A stretch of 64,000 nucleotides of DNA from an uncultured Planctomycetaceae bacterium (GCA_963813715.1 CAWFAK010000008.1:602585-666584); one strand, 5' to 3'; shown: positions 54,632 through 64,000, counted from the stretch's first letter. Program-made: numbers and translations. Notes: generated by a model from the sequence alone, not told the origin.

Positions 54632-55570
54632 TCAGGTCGCGGCAGGCGCCGGCTGCTTCTCGGGGTGCAGGTAAATAAAACTCTTCCCGAGTCGGCCGTT
54701 GTAATTGCCGGCAGAGATCCGCAAGAGGCCGGGCGTGTGGACCGAGGCTTTGATTGCGGCTTGTGTCGCCGTAATGATCGAGGCCAGGTCACGGCCGTTG
54801 ATGATGATCTCCTGCACCGAGCGGACGCCCGGCGGCAATTGCGAGTTGGCTTTCGGATCGTCAGCCAAGAGCGGGCAGAACTTTTCGTACGTGCTGGCGA
54901 ACATGAATTTGTACTTGCTGCCCGCCTTCGAGCCGCTGCCGGCGATGCCGCCGGGGAACGGCATGATCACGCCGGGGCACTTGGCGACGGCCGCCACGCC
55001 CGCCTCAGCCGCGTTGAGTGCCGCGTCTTCGCTTTCGCCGAAGTACCAGAGGTTGCCTCCCATCAGGCCGTCGGCGTAGCCCAGTCGGCGGTCGAGGATG
55101 AATTCGCCGCCCAGCGTCGGGATCCACCACAGCTTGCGACCGAAACGTTCGATCCGCTTCTGAAAGCCGTCGCCGAAGAAGGCGATCTTCTTCCCCATGC
55201 GGTAATAGTTGGGCGAGTCGATGAGGTTGAAGCAGGCTGCCGTCGGGCAGGTGAGCACGTTCTGACTGATGCGGACGAGTGCCGATTTTTCCAGCGCCTC
55301 GACGCGATCTTTGCGAAACCGCGGCACGTGCAGTTGCACGATTGCCCCCGGCCGTCCGTCGGGTGTCGCAAACGATTCGTCACCGCCGCTCCCCGGCCCG
55401 ACGAGCCGATCGAGCCCGGCTTCGCAATCGCACAAGATCGTGCTCGACGCGTTGCCGGTCGCGGCGTCGACCGCGTGCTGCACCCAGCGGCGATCGCGGG
55501 CCGTGATCAAGAACTCGACGTAAATGCTGCGGAACGCCTCGGCGTAGGTATCGTCGATGATCGCGGGCAT
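54632..55570 (-). CDS. fhcD: Formylmethanofuran-H4MPT N-formyltransferase (Ftr/FhcD)
   Basis: IDDTYAEAF, CEAG, TPDGRPG, QNVLTCPT, FFGDG, GGN, PFPGG..SGSK.GSKY and SAGNY.G.LG motifs. Confidence 0.95.
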   Translation of the reverse strand: MPAIIDDTYAEAFRSIYVEFLITARDRRWVQHAVDAATGNASSTILCDCEAGLDRLVGPGSGGDESFATPDGRPGAIVQLHVPRFRKDRVEALEKSALVRISQNVLTCPTAACFNLIDSPNYYRMGKKIAFFGDGFQKRIERFGRKLWWIPTLGGEFILDRRLGYADGLMGGNLWYFGESEDAALNAAEAGVAAVAKCPGVIMPFPGGIAGSGSKAGSKYKFMFASTYEKFCPLLADDPKANSQLPPGVRSVQEIIINGRDLASIITATQAAIKASVHTPGLLRISAGNYNGRLGKSFIYLHPEKQPAPAAT

Positions 55571-55677
55571 GAGTTCTCGTAGGTGTGACAAGGTCGCCGG
55601 GCGGCCGCAGGCACACTTTCTTTTGCAATGGTGTTGCCTGCGCTCGCTGCGCGAGACTGGTCACACTCTACTTTTCT

Positions 55678-56289
55678 TTATCGTTTGCAACGACGGCCGT
55701 CGTAAGTGGCCCGCTCGGTGACGACCTTGTCCATGAAGACGTCGTGCGGACCCATGATCAGATCGTCGAACAACTGGGACTCGTAGCAGAGGCCGACGAG
55801 CACACAGTCCGGCCGCACGTTGGTGAGCAGGCGATCGTAATAGCCTTGCCCGTTCCCCATTCGGCCCCCGTCGCGGCTGAAGCCGACCCCGGGAACGATC
55901 ACCAGGTCGAGCTGCTCGGCCTGGAATTCCTTACCCGGCTCGGCCCAGCGGTCGTGAGGCGGCTCGAGAATCTTCCACTTGCCGACGATCATTTCCTCCA
56001 TCCGCTCGAGCCGCCACAGGCCGAGCTTGTTCGCACCGGCTTCGTCGACCGTGCAGTAGGGAACGATGATCTGCTTGCCGCTCTCGAGCGCGGCCGGCAG
56101 CGCGTGCTTCGTCCGCAGTTCGCTGCGGCAATCGATGTACCAGAGGATCGTCTTCGCGGCCTGATACTCGGGGAGCTGCATCAGCGAGGCGACGGCCGTT
56201 TCGCTGATCGGGTCCTTATCCGGCTGGGCGTTCCGCGCGTCGTAGGCAGCGCGGCGCATGGTGGCCTTAGGGTCCAGCAGTTCGGTCAT
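55678..56289 (-). CDS. 5-formyltetrahydrofolate cyclo-ligase family protein
   Basis: ILEP and DLVIVPGVGF..GGRMGNGQGYYDRLL, PHDVFMD motifs. Confidence 0.9.
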   Translation of the reverse strand: MTELLDPKATMRRAAYDARNAQPDKDPISETAVASLMQLPEYQAAKTILWYIDCRSELRTKHALPAALESGKQIIVPYCTVDEAGANKLGLWRLERMEEMIVGKWKILEPPHDRWAEPGKEFQAEQLDLVIVPGVGFSRDGGRMGNGQGYYDRLLTNVRPDCVLVGLCYESQLFDDLIMGPHDVFMDKVVTERATYDGRRCKR

Positions 56290-56374
56290 GTCTCACTCGA
56301 AAGAACGGAGTTGCGAGGGCGGCAAATTGCGGCCGCTCCAGATGTCTCAACAATGCAAACCGGCCCCGCGAAAG

Positions 56375-58050
56375 TCAATCAGCCCGTGACCCGTGCGGAC
56401 GGTGGCCGCGGCCAATCAGTACCACTGGTACGCGTACTGTTTGAACTGCGTCCACGCTGCCCGCCGGGCTCGGTTGTCGGCGAAGCGAGGAATGGAGGCC
56501 GACTCGAGGCGCGCGCGATCGAGGAACAGCCGTTCGGCTAACTGGTACGCGGTCCAATGGCGCGATCGGGCGCTTGGTTCTCGAAGTCGTCCCGTCGTTC
56601 GTCGATCAGCGCGGCGACACCCCGATTGATGACAGGATCTCGGGCCTCGAGCAGAGGGAACAGCGCCAGCAGCCCTTCGGACGAAATCGGGTGCTCCGTA
56701 ATTTGCACCGAGGGAGCCGCGTCGCCGGCGAGGACGCGGGCCACGTTATAACGCAACGACACGTAGTCGAGTGGGGTGAGTGCGTAAAGATAGATGGCAA
56801 AGCCGAGCGCCCACAACTGACGCTGCAACAGCCAAGCAAAATCGTATCGCCGAGCGGTCTTGACCATCACGAGCAGGAACCCGACCACGACCGCCGTAAC
56901 TCCGTAAAAACCGAGGATTCGCAACGGCGTGAGCCCGTTGAAGCCGACGTAGATCGACAGTCGGTGGTAGACGGCGGCCGCCAGCAACAAATTCTCGACC
57001 GACCAGATCCAGGCCAACTGTTGCAGCCGCTCCAGGCGGGCGTCGTCGAGCGTGCGGCCGCGAAAGATGACCGAGAGAACCGCCGTCGCCTGTCCCAAAG
57101 CAATCGTCAGCCAGGCGGCCCCTTCGTGTGCGTAGCCGGCGTAATAAAAGCCATGTGGAAACTGCCGGAACCAAAGAGTCCACAATTCGAAGACGAGGTA
57201 AACCGCGTAGAGCAGCACAACCACGGCGAGCGAATTTCGCCAGGAGAGATAGAGGGGCGCGACGGTTGGCGTTCCTGCGCTCGCGGAAGGTTGCGCCACC
57301 GGGCCCGGCGCTGCGTGCGCCGCTTTTCGCGAGGCTCTCTCGACGAGGCGTCCCCGCAAGAGCGCCACCGCGATCCAACCCACGCACGCCAGGAATGCAC
57401 ACTCGCCCAGCGGGAAATCGAGGAGCCAGGCTTGAAGTCGTTCTGCGAGGTGGGAGAACGTCTCAGTGACCGCAGTCACCAGGTCGGGGTTGGCAAGGAG
57501 AAAGAGGAGGCTGAAAGCGGCTCCAATCGCTAGGGGGAGCCAGACTGCAATTAACGTCGCGGGGGAGACGCGTTGTTCGAAGCTCAGCAAAGCGTGGCCG
57601 TAGGCGGCCAGGCCGCGCGCACCCAGATAGGGAATCCGACATGTGAAGGCAACCACCCCGGAGAGGTAAGGCGCGTCACCGGACACCGCGAAGGCAAAAC
57701 ACGGCAGCAAGGCCAGTCCGACCAATCGCTCCACGTCCGATCCGCACCACACGAGCCGAACGGCCAGCAGCAGGAGCATCGCGCCCAGCAGGATCTGACT
57801 GGCGTGGACTCGCCGCCGCGCGGCTCCCACGTAGAGCAACAGAGGCGCCGCACCGAGCAATGCGGCCCAGCCGGCGTAGGCCGCGCCGACTCCCCGGTAG
57901 ATGGCCAGGTCGGCGAGAACGAGGATCTCGATCAGGCTCGAGAGCTCCGCGAGCCGAGGCGGCGGATCGATCGACGCAGTCGCGGCGGCCGGTCGGTCGG
58001 CAGGCGCAATCGAGCGCGGGATTGAGGGTGGGCTGATTGGCGTGATCCAT
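56375..58050 (-). CDS. DUF4153/DUF4173 polytopic membrane protein (frameshifts ~57950, ~56555)
   Basis: FLLANP, YAHEG..L, RLSIYV..NGLTPLRI and RYNV motifs. Confidence 0.8.
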
Positions 58051-58101
58051 TGGGTCTTCCGAGCTGCCCGTGTCTTTACGTTTCCCGGTTATAACAGTTC
58101 A

Positions 58102-58118
58102 ACTTTGCAATGCAAAGT
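58102..58118. promoter_or_regulatory. Palindromic operator ACTTTGCA-A-TGCAAAGT between divergent genes
   Basis: Perfect 8-1-8 inverted repeat about 50 nt upstream of the DUF4153 start. Confidence 0.6.
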
Positions 58119-58219
58119 GCGATCGGTGAACGATCGCGATACACTCAACGCAGAAACACACGGCCCCAAGTTCTTGCTCAGGTCACCAGACGAGGAACCC
58201 AGCGATGCGAAGCAGAACG

Positions 58220-59116
58220 ATGCGCCCGTTCTTGGCTTACGCCCTCCAGCTTGCGGCCATTCTGGCGGTCTCCCCGCCCGTCGCGTCGGCGGCCGACAGC
58301 CCGATTCGCCACCGCCTCGCGTTCTTCGAGTACGGCAACTGCCCGAATCGGTTTGTCGAGCTGGCTGCGGACGGCACCATGATTCGCGAGTTCCGGCCGC
58401 TGAGCATCGCCGTCATCTTTCAGACGCTGCCTAATGGCAATCTTGTCTACGCCTACGGCGGCAAGCCGACTGGCGTGGTGGAGATCGACGCCCGCAACCA
58501 GACGGTGTGGAACTACGTCAGTCACTGCCCGCAGGTGCTCGGCTGCGAGCGATTGGCGAACGGCAACACGCTTGTGGCCGAACAGGGGCCTTGCCAGGTG
58601 GTCGAGGTCGACAACGGCGGAAAAGTGGTCCACGTGACGAAGCTGTTCACGAACCAGGCCGCCTATCACCTGCAGGTCCGCAATATCCATCGGCTCGAAA
58701 ACGGCGACATCCTGGCCGCTCACGAAGGGGACGGAGCGATCCGCGAATACAGCCCGAGCGGGCAGATTGTCTGGCAGTACACGGGTGTCGAGAACACGGG
58801 CGACGCACGTCGCCTGACCAATGGCAACACGCTGATCGGCGGCGGGACGCAGAAGCGCCTGATCGAAGTCTCACCCGACGGCAAAATCGTCTGGGAGTTC
58901 ACTGCGGCCGACGCACCGCAGCTCAACATCGTCTGGGTGTCGAGTATTCAGATCCTGAAGAACGGCAACTATCTCGTCGGCAACTTCCTCCGCAATCACG
59001 AAGGGCACGGCGCGCACGCCTTCGAGATTACGCGGGACAAAAAGGTCGTCTGGACCTTCGCCGACCACAAGCGATTCAAGTCGGTGACGACAATCCGCGC
59101 GATCGAGGACGAGTGA
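58220..59116 (+). CDS. Secreted beta-propeller protein (arylsulfotransferase/PQQ-like repeats)
   Basis: Signal peptide; repeats RL.NGNTL....V.EV...G.IVW. Confidence 0.8.
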   Translation: MRPFLAYALQLAAILAVSPPVASAADSPIRHRLAFFEYGNCPNRFVELAADGTMIREFRPLSIAVIFQTLPNGNLVYAYGGKPTGVVEIDARNQTVWNYVSHCPQVLGCERLANGNTLVAEQGPCQVVEVDNGGKVVHVTKLFTNQAAYHLQVRNIHRLENGDILAAHEGDGAIREYSPSGQIVWQYTGVENTGDARRLTNGNTLIGGGTQKRLIEVSPDGKIVWEFTAADAPQLNIVWVSSIQILKNGNYLVGNFLRNHEGHGAHAFEITRDKKVVWTFADHKRFKSVTTIRAIEDE

Positions 59117-59172
59117 CCCTGAGTGATGCTTGGCCGGAACCGACCATTCGCACTCGGGCGAATGCGGGATGG

Positions 59173-60897
59173 TTACTTGTCGTGGTCGTGGTTGCGGTCG
59201 TGCTCCTCGTGACTCTCGATGTGGCTGGCGGCGCCGTGGCCGCCACCGCCGTGACTGCCTCCGAGTCCGGACAAACCTTGGCGAATGGCGTCCAAGTGCA
59301 GCACTCCGCCGCGGCCGGAAGAGCCGCCGGCGCTTGGCGAGCCCGGGAAACGGGTCGGACCCTGGTAGCTCATCCGTCGACTCCAACCGGCCGTGTCGTG
59401 GGTGATGGCCGCCCCGGTCGCGGCGTGGGAATTTCCCTCGATCCACGCAGTGACTTCCGGGCTATGGCCCACGGGCTGGGAGACGATCGGAGGACTGACG
59501 GAGCCCGGTTTATGCGGACCAGCGTTCGACCCCGCATGGCGGGGGGTCGGGTTGATCTGGATCAAGCCGATCAAATCGCCCCAGAAGTAGCAGACGCCAT
59601 CCCCGCTCTCGAAGGCCCAGCTTTCGATCGTCGGATCGAACTGCTCTCCGTCGATTGCCGGGTCCTGTTGTGCCGCATTTTGATCAAAGGGAGCGGTGAG
59701 GTAGTCGAACGACCAAAGCGCCCCTCGTTGCGCCTGGTTCCATTCGCTTGGGGCCAGTCCGCTTGAACTTGCCTCGGGAGCGTCGCTTTGCGCGGCGACC
59801 TGGTTGACCGGCGCGGCATCGGGCCGGGATCCGTTTGGCAGGCGAGTCAGGTCCCAAATTCGGACGGTACGATCGCGGCTGCCGGAAACCAGGAGAGTGG
59901 CATCGGTCGAAAGCGCGACGGTGCGGACGGCCTCGCGGTGCCCGACGAGACGGCCGATTTCGCGCTTGGTTTGCACGTCCCACAGGCGAATCTCTTCGTC
60001 CTGTGCCTGGTGCGTGCCGGTCGAAACGCCTTTTTTGGCGTCGACGCGAAGTGTCCGTGCGTAACGGCTACCGCTGCCGATGGCGATCAGCCGGCCCTGT
60101 GGCGTATAGCGGGCGGTCCACCAAATCGCGCCTTTCTCCCGGGACGGCAGATCGAGGCGATGTACGGATTGGGCCGCGTCCCAAACTTCGACGACGCTCG
60201 AAGTCGTGACGGCCAGCTCCCGGCCGTCGGGCGAGAACGCCAACGAGACGATCGGTCCATGCTTCGGGCGCTGCCGCAGCGTCTCGCGGGTCTCCTCGGT
60301 GCCTCGCTCGACGTCCCAAATTTTGACGGATTCGTCGGAACTGCCCGAGGCGAGCGTTTTGCCGTCGGGCGAGAAGGCGAGACAGAAGACGCCCCGCGCG
60401 TGCCCTTCCAGAATCTTTTTCAGTTCGCGCGTCTTAGCGCTCCAGATGCGGATCGTCCGGTCGGCGCCTCCCGAAGCCAGCCACCGATCATCGGCTGAAT
60501 AGGCCAGGCAACGGACGATGCCGCGATGGGCGGCCAAAGTCGTCGGCTCCTCGCTGGAACTGCTATCCCAAATGAACACACTCCCATCCTGGCTGGCCAT
60601 CGCCAGGTTACAGGCGTTCGAAGAAATCGCGACCGCCGAGACGACGCTGAACTCCTTGGAGAGCGTCGCCAGCGCCGCGCCCGTGGCTACATCCCACACC
60701 CGGACCGTGTTGTCGTTGCTCGCGGAGGCCAGCACTTGACCGTCGCGCGACAAGGCGACCGAAAAGACGCCGGCGACGTGCCCTCTCAAGACTTTGACGC
60801 CGTCGCCTGCCTCTGCGGATGACCGCCGGAAAGAACAGGCCAGGGGTACCAGGAAGACGAGGATCGTCGCCACTTGCCGATGCGCTGATCGCCTCAT
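59173..60897 (-). CDS. Secreted WD40-repeat protein with a low-complexity Gly/Ser/His-rich tail
   Basis: About seven GH...V..FSPDG..LASGS.D..V.IWD repeats. Confidence 0.9.
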   Translation of the reverse strand: MRRSAHRQVATILVFLVPLACSFRRSSAEAGDGVKVLRGHVAGVFSVALSRDGQVLASASNDNTVRVWDVATGAALATLSKEFSVVSAVAISSNACNLAMASQDGSVFIWDSSSSEEPTTLAAHRGIVRCLAYSADDRWLASGGADRTIRIWSAKTRELKKILEGHARGVFCLAFSPDGKTLASGSSDESVKIWDVERGTEETRETLRQRPKHGPIVSLAFSPDGRELAVTTSSVVEVWDAAQSVHRLDLPSREKGAIWWTARYTPQGRLIAIGSGSRYARTLRVDAKKGVSTGTHQAQDEEIRLWDVQTKREIGRLVGHREAVRTVALSTDATLLVSGSRDRTVRIWDLTRLPNGSRPDAAPVNQVAAQSDAPEASSSGLAPSEWNQAQRGALWSFDYLTAPFDQNAAQQDPAIDGEQFDPTIESWAFESGDGVCYFWGDLIGLIQINPTPRHAGSNAGPHKPGSVSPPIVSQPVGHSPEVTAWIEGNSHAATGAAITHDTAGWSRRMSYQGPTRFPGSPSAGGSSGRGGVLHLDAIRQGLSGLGGSHGGGGHGAASHIESHEEHDRNHDHDK

Positions 60898-61144
60898 ACA
60901 AAACTCCCTTCGAGCGCTGCCCCCATGACTCGAGCGCAGCCCAATGATCGAGGTCGGCCGTCTGCCGACGCGGGTCGGGAGTGTAGCAGCAGACGTTTGT
61001 TCAGAAAATGTCGGAAATTTAGCCAGGTTCAGGCGTTGCGCACGGTTCGCGGGGGCTCGCTCGTTGAATTCCATCGACCCCGAACATACGCTGGATTCGG
61101 GCTCGGCCGTTCTGCCACTTCAAAGCCCGGCCGCGGAATGCAGC

Positions 61145-62602
61145 GTGAAGATTGTTCTCCTCCGTCTCCTGCTCCGATTCAGGGCAAAACTCTCGCGATG
61201 GCTCGAGGTGCTCCCGAGCCTGCTTGCCAGTTTTGTGCTGCACGGGTTCGCATTGCTGCTCCTGGGGCTGATCGTGCTGCGGTTTTCACCGCCGGCCAGT
61301 GAGGCGATGTCGGTCGAGGCGGTCGCCAACAACGCGCCGGAGGGGCCAGCCGAAGCCATCGATCGCGTCGATTTCGTTGACGACTCTCACGATAAAACAG
61401 AGACGAAGCTCGTCGACGACAAGAACGATCCCGCCGGCCTCGCACCGAAAAAACTGCCCGATTTGAGCAGCGTGCCGCCCATCGACTTTCAGGACACGAG
61501 TCTGAAGGCTGCCGAGAAGGTCGAGCTGACTGTCGAACCGACGGTCAAATTAAACGGCGAGCTCAGCGGCCGCGGTGTGGGCGTCCGCTCGAAGATCGCA
61601 ATCAAAGGAGGCGGGTCGACCGAGAGCGAGCGCTCAGTCACGCTGGGCCTGCGCTGGCTCGCGCGGCACCAGCAAGCGGACGGCTCCTGGAGCTTTCATC
61701 ACGGGGCCGACGATCCCGGCTCGCTCGAAAAATGCACCACGGGGGCGACCGGACTTGCCATCCTGTCGTTTTTGGGCGCCGGGCACACGCACCGTAGCGA
61801 TGTTCGCTTTCAGGGCACCGTCGACAAGGGTCTGAAATACCTGGTTTCGCAAATGAAGCGGAGCCGCGACGGGGGCGACCTGCGGGGCCAGGTCGTCTCG
61901 AATGAAGGCATGTACGCGCACGCGATCGCCACGCTCGCCCTCTGCGAGGCCTACGGCCTCACGCAGGATGAAAAACTCCTGGAACCGGCGCAGCAGGCGG
62001 TGAACTTCATCGTCTTCGCTCAGGATCCGAAGAAGGGCGGCTGGCGCTATTCGCCTCACGAGCCGGGCGACACCACCGTGACCGGTTGGCAGGTGATGGC
62101 GCTCAAGAGTGCCAGATCGAGCGGCCTCAAGGTTCCCGCCCGCACGCTCGCGGCCGCCGGCCGCTTCCTCGATACCGTTCAGGCGCACGGTGGCAGCCGC
62201 TACGGGTATGTCAGCTCGGACAGCACGCCGCCGATGACGGCGATCGGCCTTTTGTGCCGCATGTATCTCGGCTGGAAACAAAACACGCCGGCACTCAAAC
62301 GGGGCGTGCAGTTTCTCAGTCAGACGGGCCCATCGCTCGGCGACATTTATTACGACTATTACGCGACCCAGGTTCTGCACCATTGGGGCGGGCCCGAGTG
62401 GAAGAAATGGAACGAAGCGCTTCGCGATCAGTTGATCCAGTCGCAGGTCATGGCGGGAGACGCCTTCGGCAGCTGGAAGCCGTCGGGCGACCGCGGGGCC
62501 GCAGCGGGCGGCCGGCTCTATCAAACGTGCCTGTGCATCATGACCCTGGAGGTCTACTACCGCTATTTGCCGCTGTACCAAAAGGAAACGGCGGGCCAGT
62601 GA
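61145..62602 (+). CDS. Membrane-anchored prenyltransferase/squalene-oxidase-repeat protein
   Basis: SFVLH anchor; WLARHQQADGSW, GGWRY, DTTVTGWQ and GGRLY.T..LEVYYRY motifs. Confidence 0.85.
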   Translation: MKIVLLRLLLRFRAKLSRWLEVLPSLLASFVLHGFALLLLGLIVLRFSPPASEAMSVEAVANNAPEGPAEAIDRVDFVDDSHDKTETKLVDDKNDPAGLAPKKLPDLSSVPPIDFQDTSLKAAEKVELTVEPTVKLNGELSGRGVGVRSKIAIKGGGSTESERSVTLGLRWLARHQQADGSWSFHHGADDPGSLEKCTTGATGLAILSFLGAGHTHRSDVRFQGTVDKGLKYLVSQMKRSRDGGDLRGQVVSNEGMYAHAIATLALCEAYGLTQDEKLLEPAQQAVNFIVFAQDPKKGGWRYSPHEPGDTTVTGWQVMALKSARSSGLKVPARTLAAAGRFLDTVQAHGGSRYGYVSSDSTPPMTAIGLLCRMYLGWKQNTPALKRGVQFLSQTGPSLGDIYYDYYATQVLHHWGGPEWKKWNEALRDQLIQSQVMAGDAFGSWKPSGDRGAAAGGRLYQTCLCIMTLEVYYRYLPLYQKETAGQ

Positions 62603-62827
62603 CTCGTCGCTGATGTGTCTTCGCCAGTCGCCTTGTTTCGCCCCTCCTCTCGCTCCCGCCTGAGCCGTGATTTAAGATCCGAAGACTGGGCGAAAATTGA
62701 GGCCAAGATCGGGCCCGCGGCAGCGAATACCCGACGGACAGGGTTTTCGGCCCAGCGTTTTGGCAACCGTCGTTTGGCATTCGCCCCGTCAATGGGGCCC
62801 GTCGCTTAAATTGGGGAGAAGCGGGCG

Positions 62828-63163
62828 ATGAATCAGATCCTGGTGAATCCGTGGCTGGCGCTCGGCACGTTGGCCAGTGTCGTCATCATCGCTTGCACGC
62901 TGATCGTCTTCGTCACCGAGTACCTGCGAAAGACGCAGCAAGCGTCGATCGACGCCTACCTCAAGCAGGAGATGATCAGCCGCGGAATGTCGGCGGCCGA
63001 CATTAAGACGGTCCTGGAGAGCAGCTCAGACGCCGAGGCCGCCCGCCTTTCCAATTGCGCCAACCAGGGCGTCCAGGTCGGGTTGGGGAAGTTCCACATC
63101 AAAGTCGGCGAACTCCGCAAGACAGCGTCGGAACTGGAAGACTCGGTTGCGTTGAAGAACTAG
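62828..63163 (+). CDS. Small membrane hypothetical protein
   Basis: GGGGAG RBS; one TM helix; LKQEMISRGMSAADI. Confidence 0.75.
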   Translation: MNQILVNPWLALGTLASVVIIACTLIVFVTEYLRKTQQASIDAYLKQEMISRGMSAADIKTVLESSSDAEAARLSNCANQGVQVGLGKFHIKVGELRKTASELEDSVALKN

Positions 63164-63351
63164 GCGTGTTGAAAAGCTAGCTATTCCCGCGGCGAGGCGG
63201 CTGGAGAGCCTGCCCGCGGCGCATTCGCGGCGAGCACTTAGCTTCGCTTCGGACGGGTAGCCCAGTGCCTGCGGCCGAGGGCGTTACAATCTGCGATCCG
63301 CAAATCCGCGTCCCCGCCCGCTGCTCTTGTATGAGCGGCCCCAACACTCTT

Positions 63352-63357
63352 TATAAT
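63352..63357 (+). promoter_or_regulatory. -10 box (TATAAT) of the tRNA locus
   Basis: Perfect TATAAT 8 nt upstream of the tRNA 5' end. Confidence 0.6.
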
Positions 63358-63365
63358 CCGAGCGC

Positions 63366-63404
63366 GCACCCGTAGCTCAGATGGATAGAGCAACGGATTT
63401 CTAA
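63366..63404 (+). tRNA. 5' half of tRNA-Arg(UCU), truncated after the anticodon loop
   Basis: GCACCCG-TA-GCTC-AGATGGATA-GAGC-A-ACGGA-TT[TCT]AA. The expected TCCGT, T-arm (GTTCGA) and CGGGTGC do not follow within the window. Confidence 0.8.
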
Positions 63405-63559
63405 TTCTTGCGGGGTGATTGCTCCAAAACGCTCCGAATGCCTTGTTTTGTAGAGCCCATTTGTCGTGACCAAGCCCACGCACTAAACGCCGTGATGAAC
63501 GCATAACACGTCACCCATTGCCAAGGTTTCAGGTAGGGCTTTCTCGGTTCGTCGCTCAT
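63401..63559 (-). CDS. Small membrane protein MSDEPRK... (52 aa)
   Basis: One TM helix; its TAG lies on the tRNA anticodon loop. Confidence 0.5.
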   Translation of the reverse strand: MSDEPRKPYLKPWQWVTCYAFITAFSAWAWSRQMGSTKQGIRSVLEQSPRKN

Positions 63560-63563
63560 GCCG

Positions 63564-63818
63564 TCACTCTGCCGATTCCACCGTGGGTAGTCCGTGTTTG
63601 AAACCGGGTTTGTGCCGATTGGCACGGGAGTTCAGCGCCATTCCGATTGCTAGACCGATTAGTGCACCGCCCACGGTGTAAATCTCCGGCGGCGCCCGAT
63701 CCCAATGATCCAGCGCATTTCCTGGCCTGGGGGAAAGGACGTAGCCGATCCACACGCCGGCCAACATTGAGAGCGCTAGGCGAATTGCTCGCGACCGTTT
63801 CTTCGGTTCGTCGCTCAT
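63564..63818 (-). CDS. Small two-TM protein MSDEPKK... (84 aa)
   Basis: Two hydrophobic segments; start region identical to that of the neighbouring ORF. Confidence 0.55.
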   Translation of the reverse strand: MSDEPKKRSRAIRLALSMLAGVWIGYVLSPRPGNALDHWDRAPPEIYTVGGALIGLAIGMALNSRANRHKPGFKHGLPTVESAE

Positions 63819-63863
63819 GTTGTCTTCGTTTCGCGTGCCCGGAAAGTCAGTGGCGAGAGGGGC

Positions 63864-63914
63864 TTTGCACAAAAACCCCCGTTTGCACAATAAGTCGCGC
63901 GGCTGCACAAAAAC
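63864..63914 (+). repeat. Three TGCACAA direct repeats
   Basis: TTTGCACAAAAAC, TTTGCACAA and CTGCACAAAAAC, spaced 18 and 20 bp apart. Confidence 0.7.
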
Positions 63915-64000
63915 TCGGGGCCTTAATGCTCCGGGCGGTCTCGTGTCAGATACCCCACCACAATGGCACATCCGACTGCGACAGCTGGTGCGACGAGGAC

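Larger units (their letters stand above)
63405..64000. mobile_element. Probable left end of an integrative element inserted in tRNA-Arg
   Basis: tRNA similarity ends abruptly; GC appears lower by eye; small ORFs; TGCACAA direct repeats. No integrase in the window. Confidence 0.5.

Noticed and set aside
56290..56374. 6S RNA upstream of the cyclo-ligase gene (ssrS-ygfA arrangement)
   Set aside because: Only about 85 nt are available, too short for a ~180-nt 6S RNA.
63405..64000. Group I intron in the tRNA anticodon loop
   Set aside because: No recognisable intron core or 3' exon within about 600 nt, and the region carries antisense ORFs. Not fully excluded without a covariance-model search.

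Overview
GC-rich chromosomal window from a planctomycete, probably Planctomycetales. Indicators are a PSD1/PSCyt cytochrome c protein, a PVC-type CxxCH protein, a TIGR03067-type protein, an ECF sigma-Ser/Thr kinase pair and the H4MPT formyltransferase fhcD. Many genes, including housekeeping ones (fabI, rho, parE, lptG), are broken by single-base indels, most simply explained as long-read consensus errors; I give reconstructed gene spans. The window holds about 55 CDS: a lipid-linked glycosylation locus, a two-component system, fabI, an ApbE-DoxX-Gfo/Idh/MocA redox operon, an Hsp70 paralogue, two ECF sigma modules, rho, parC-parE, lspA, fhcD with a 5-formyl-THF cyclo-ligase, and WD40/prenyltransferase-repeat proteins. 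The most notable signals are: (1) a four-gene operon of related secreted Pro/Tyr/Gly/Cys-rich non-enzymatic proteins closed by a strong terminator; (2) a promoter-bearing tRNA-Arg(UCU) cut off at the anticodon loop and followed by island-like DNA with small ORFs sharing a 17-bp start sequence and TGCACAA repeats; (3) a ~890-nt hairpin-rich leader upstream of a rho gene with a low-complexity N-terminus. All family assignments come from motif recognition by eye; no database searches were run.
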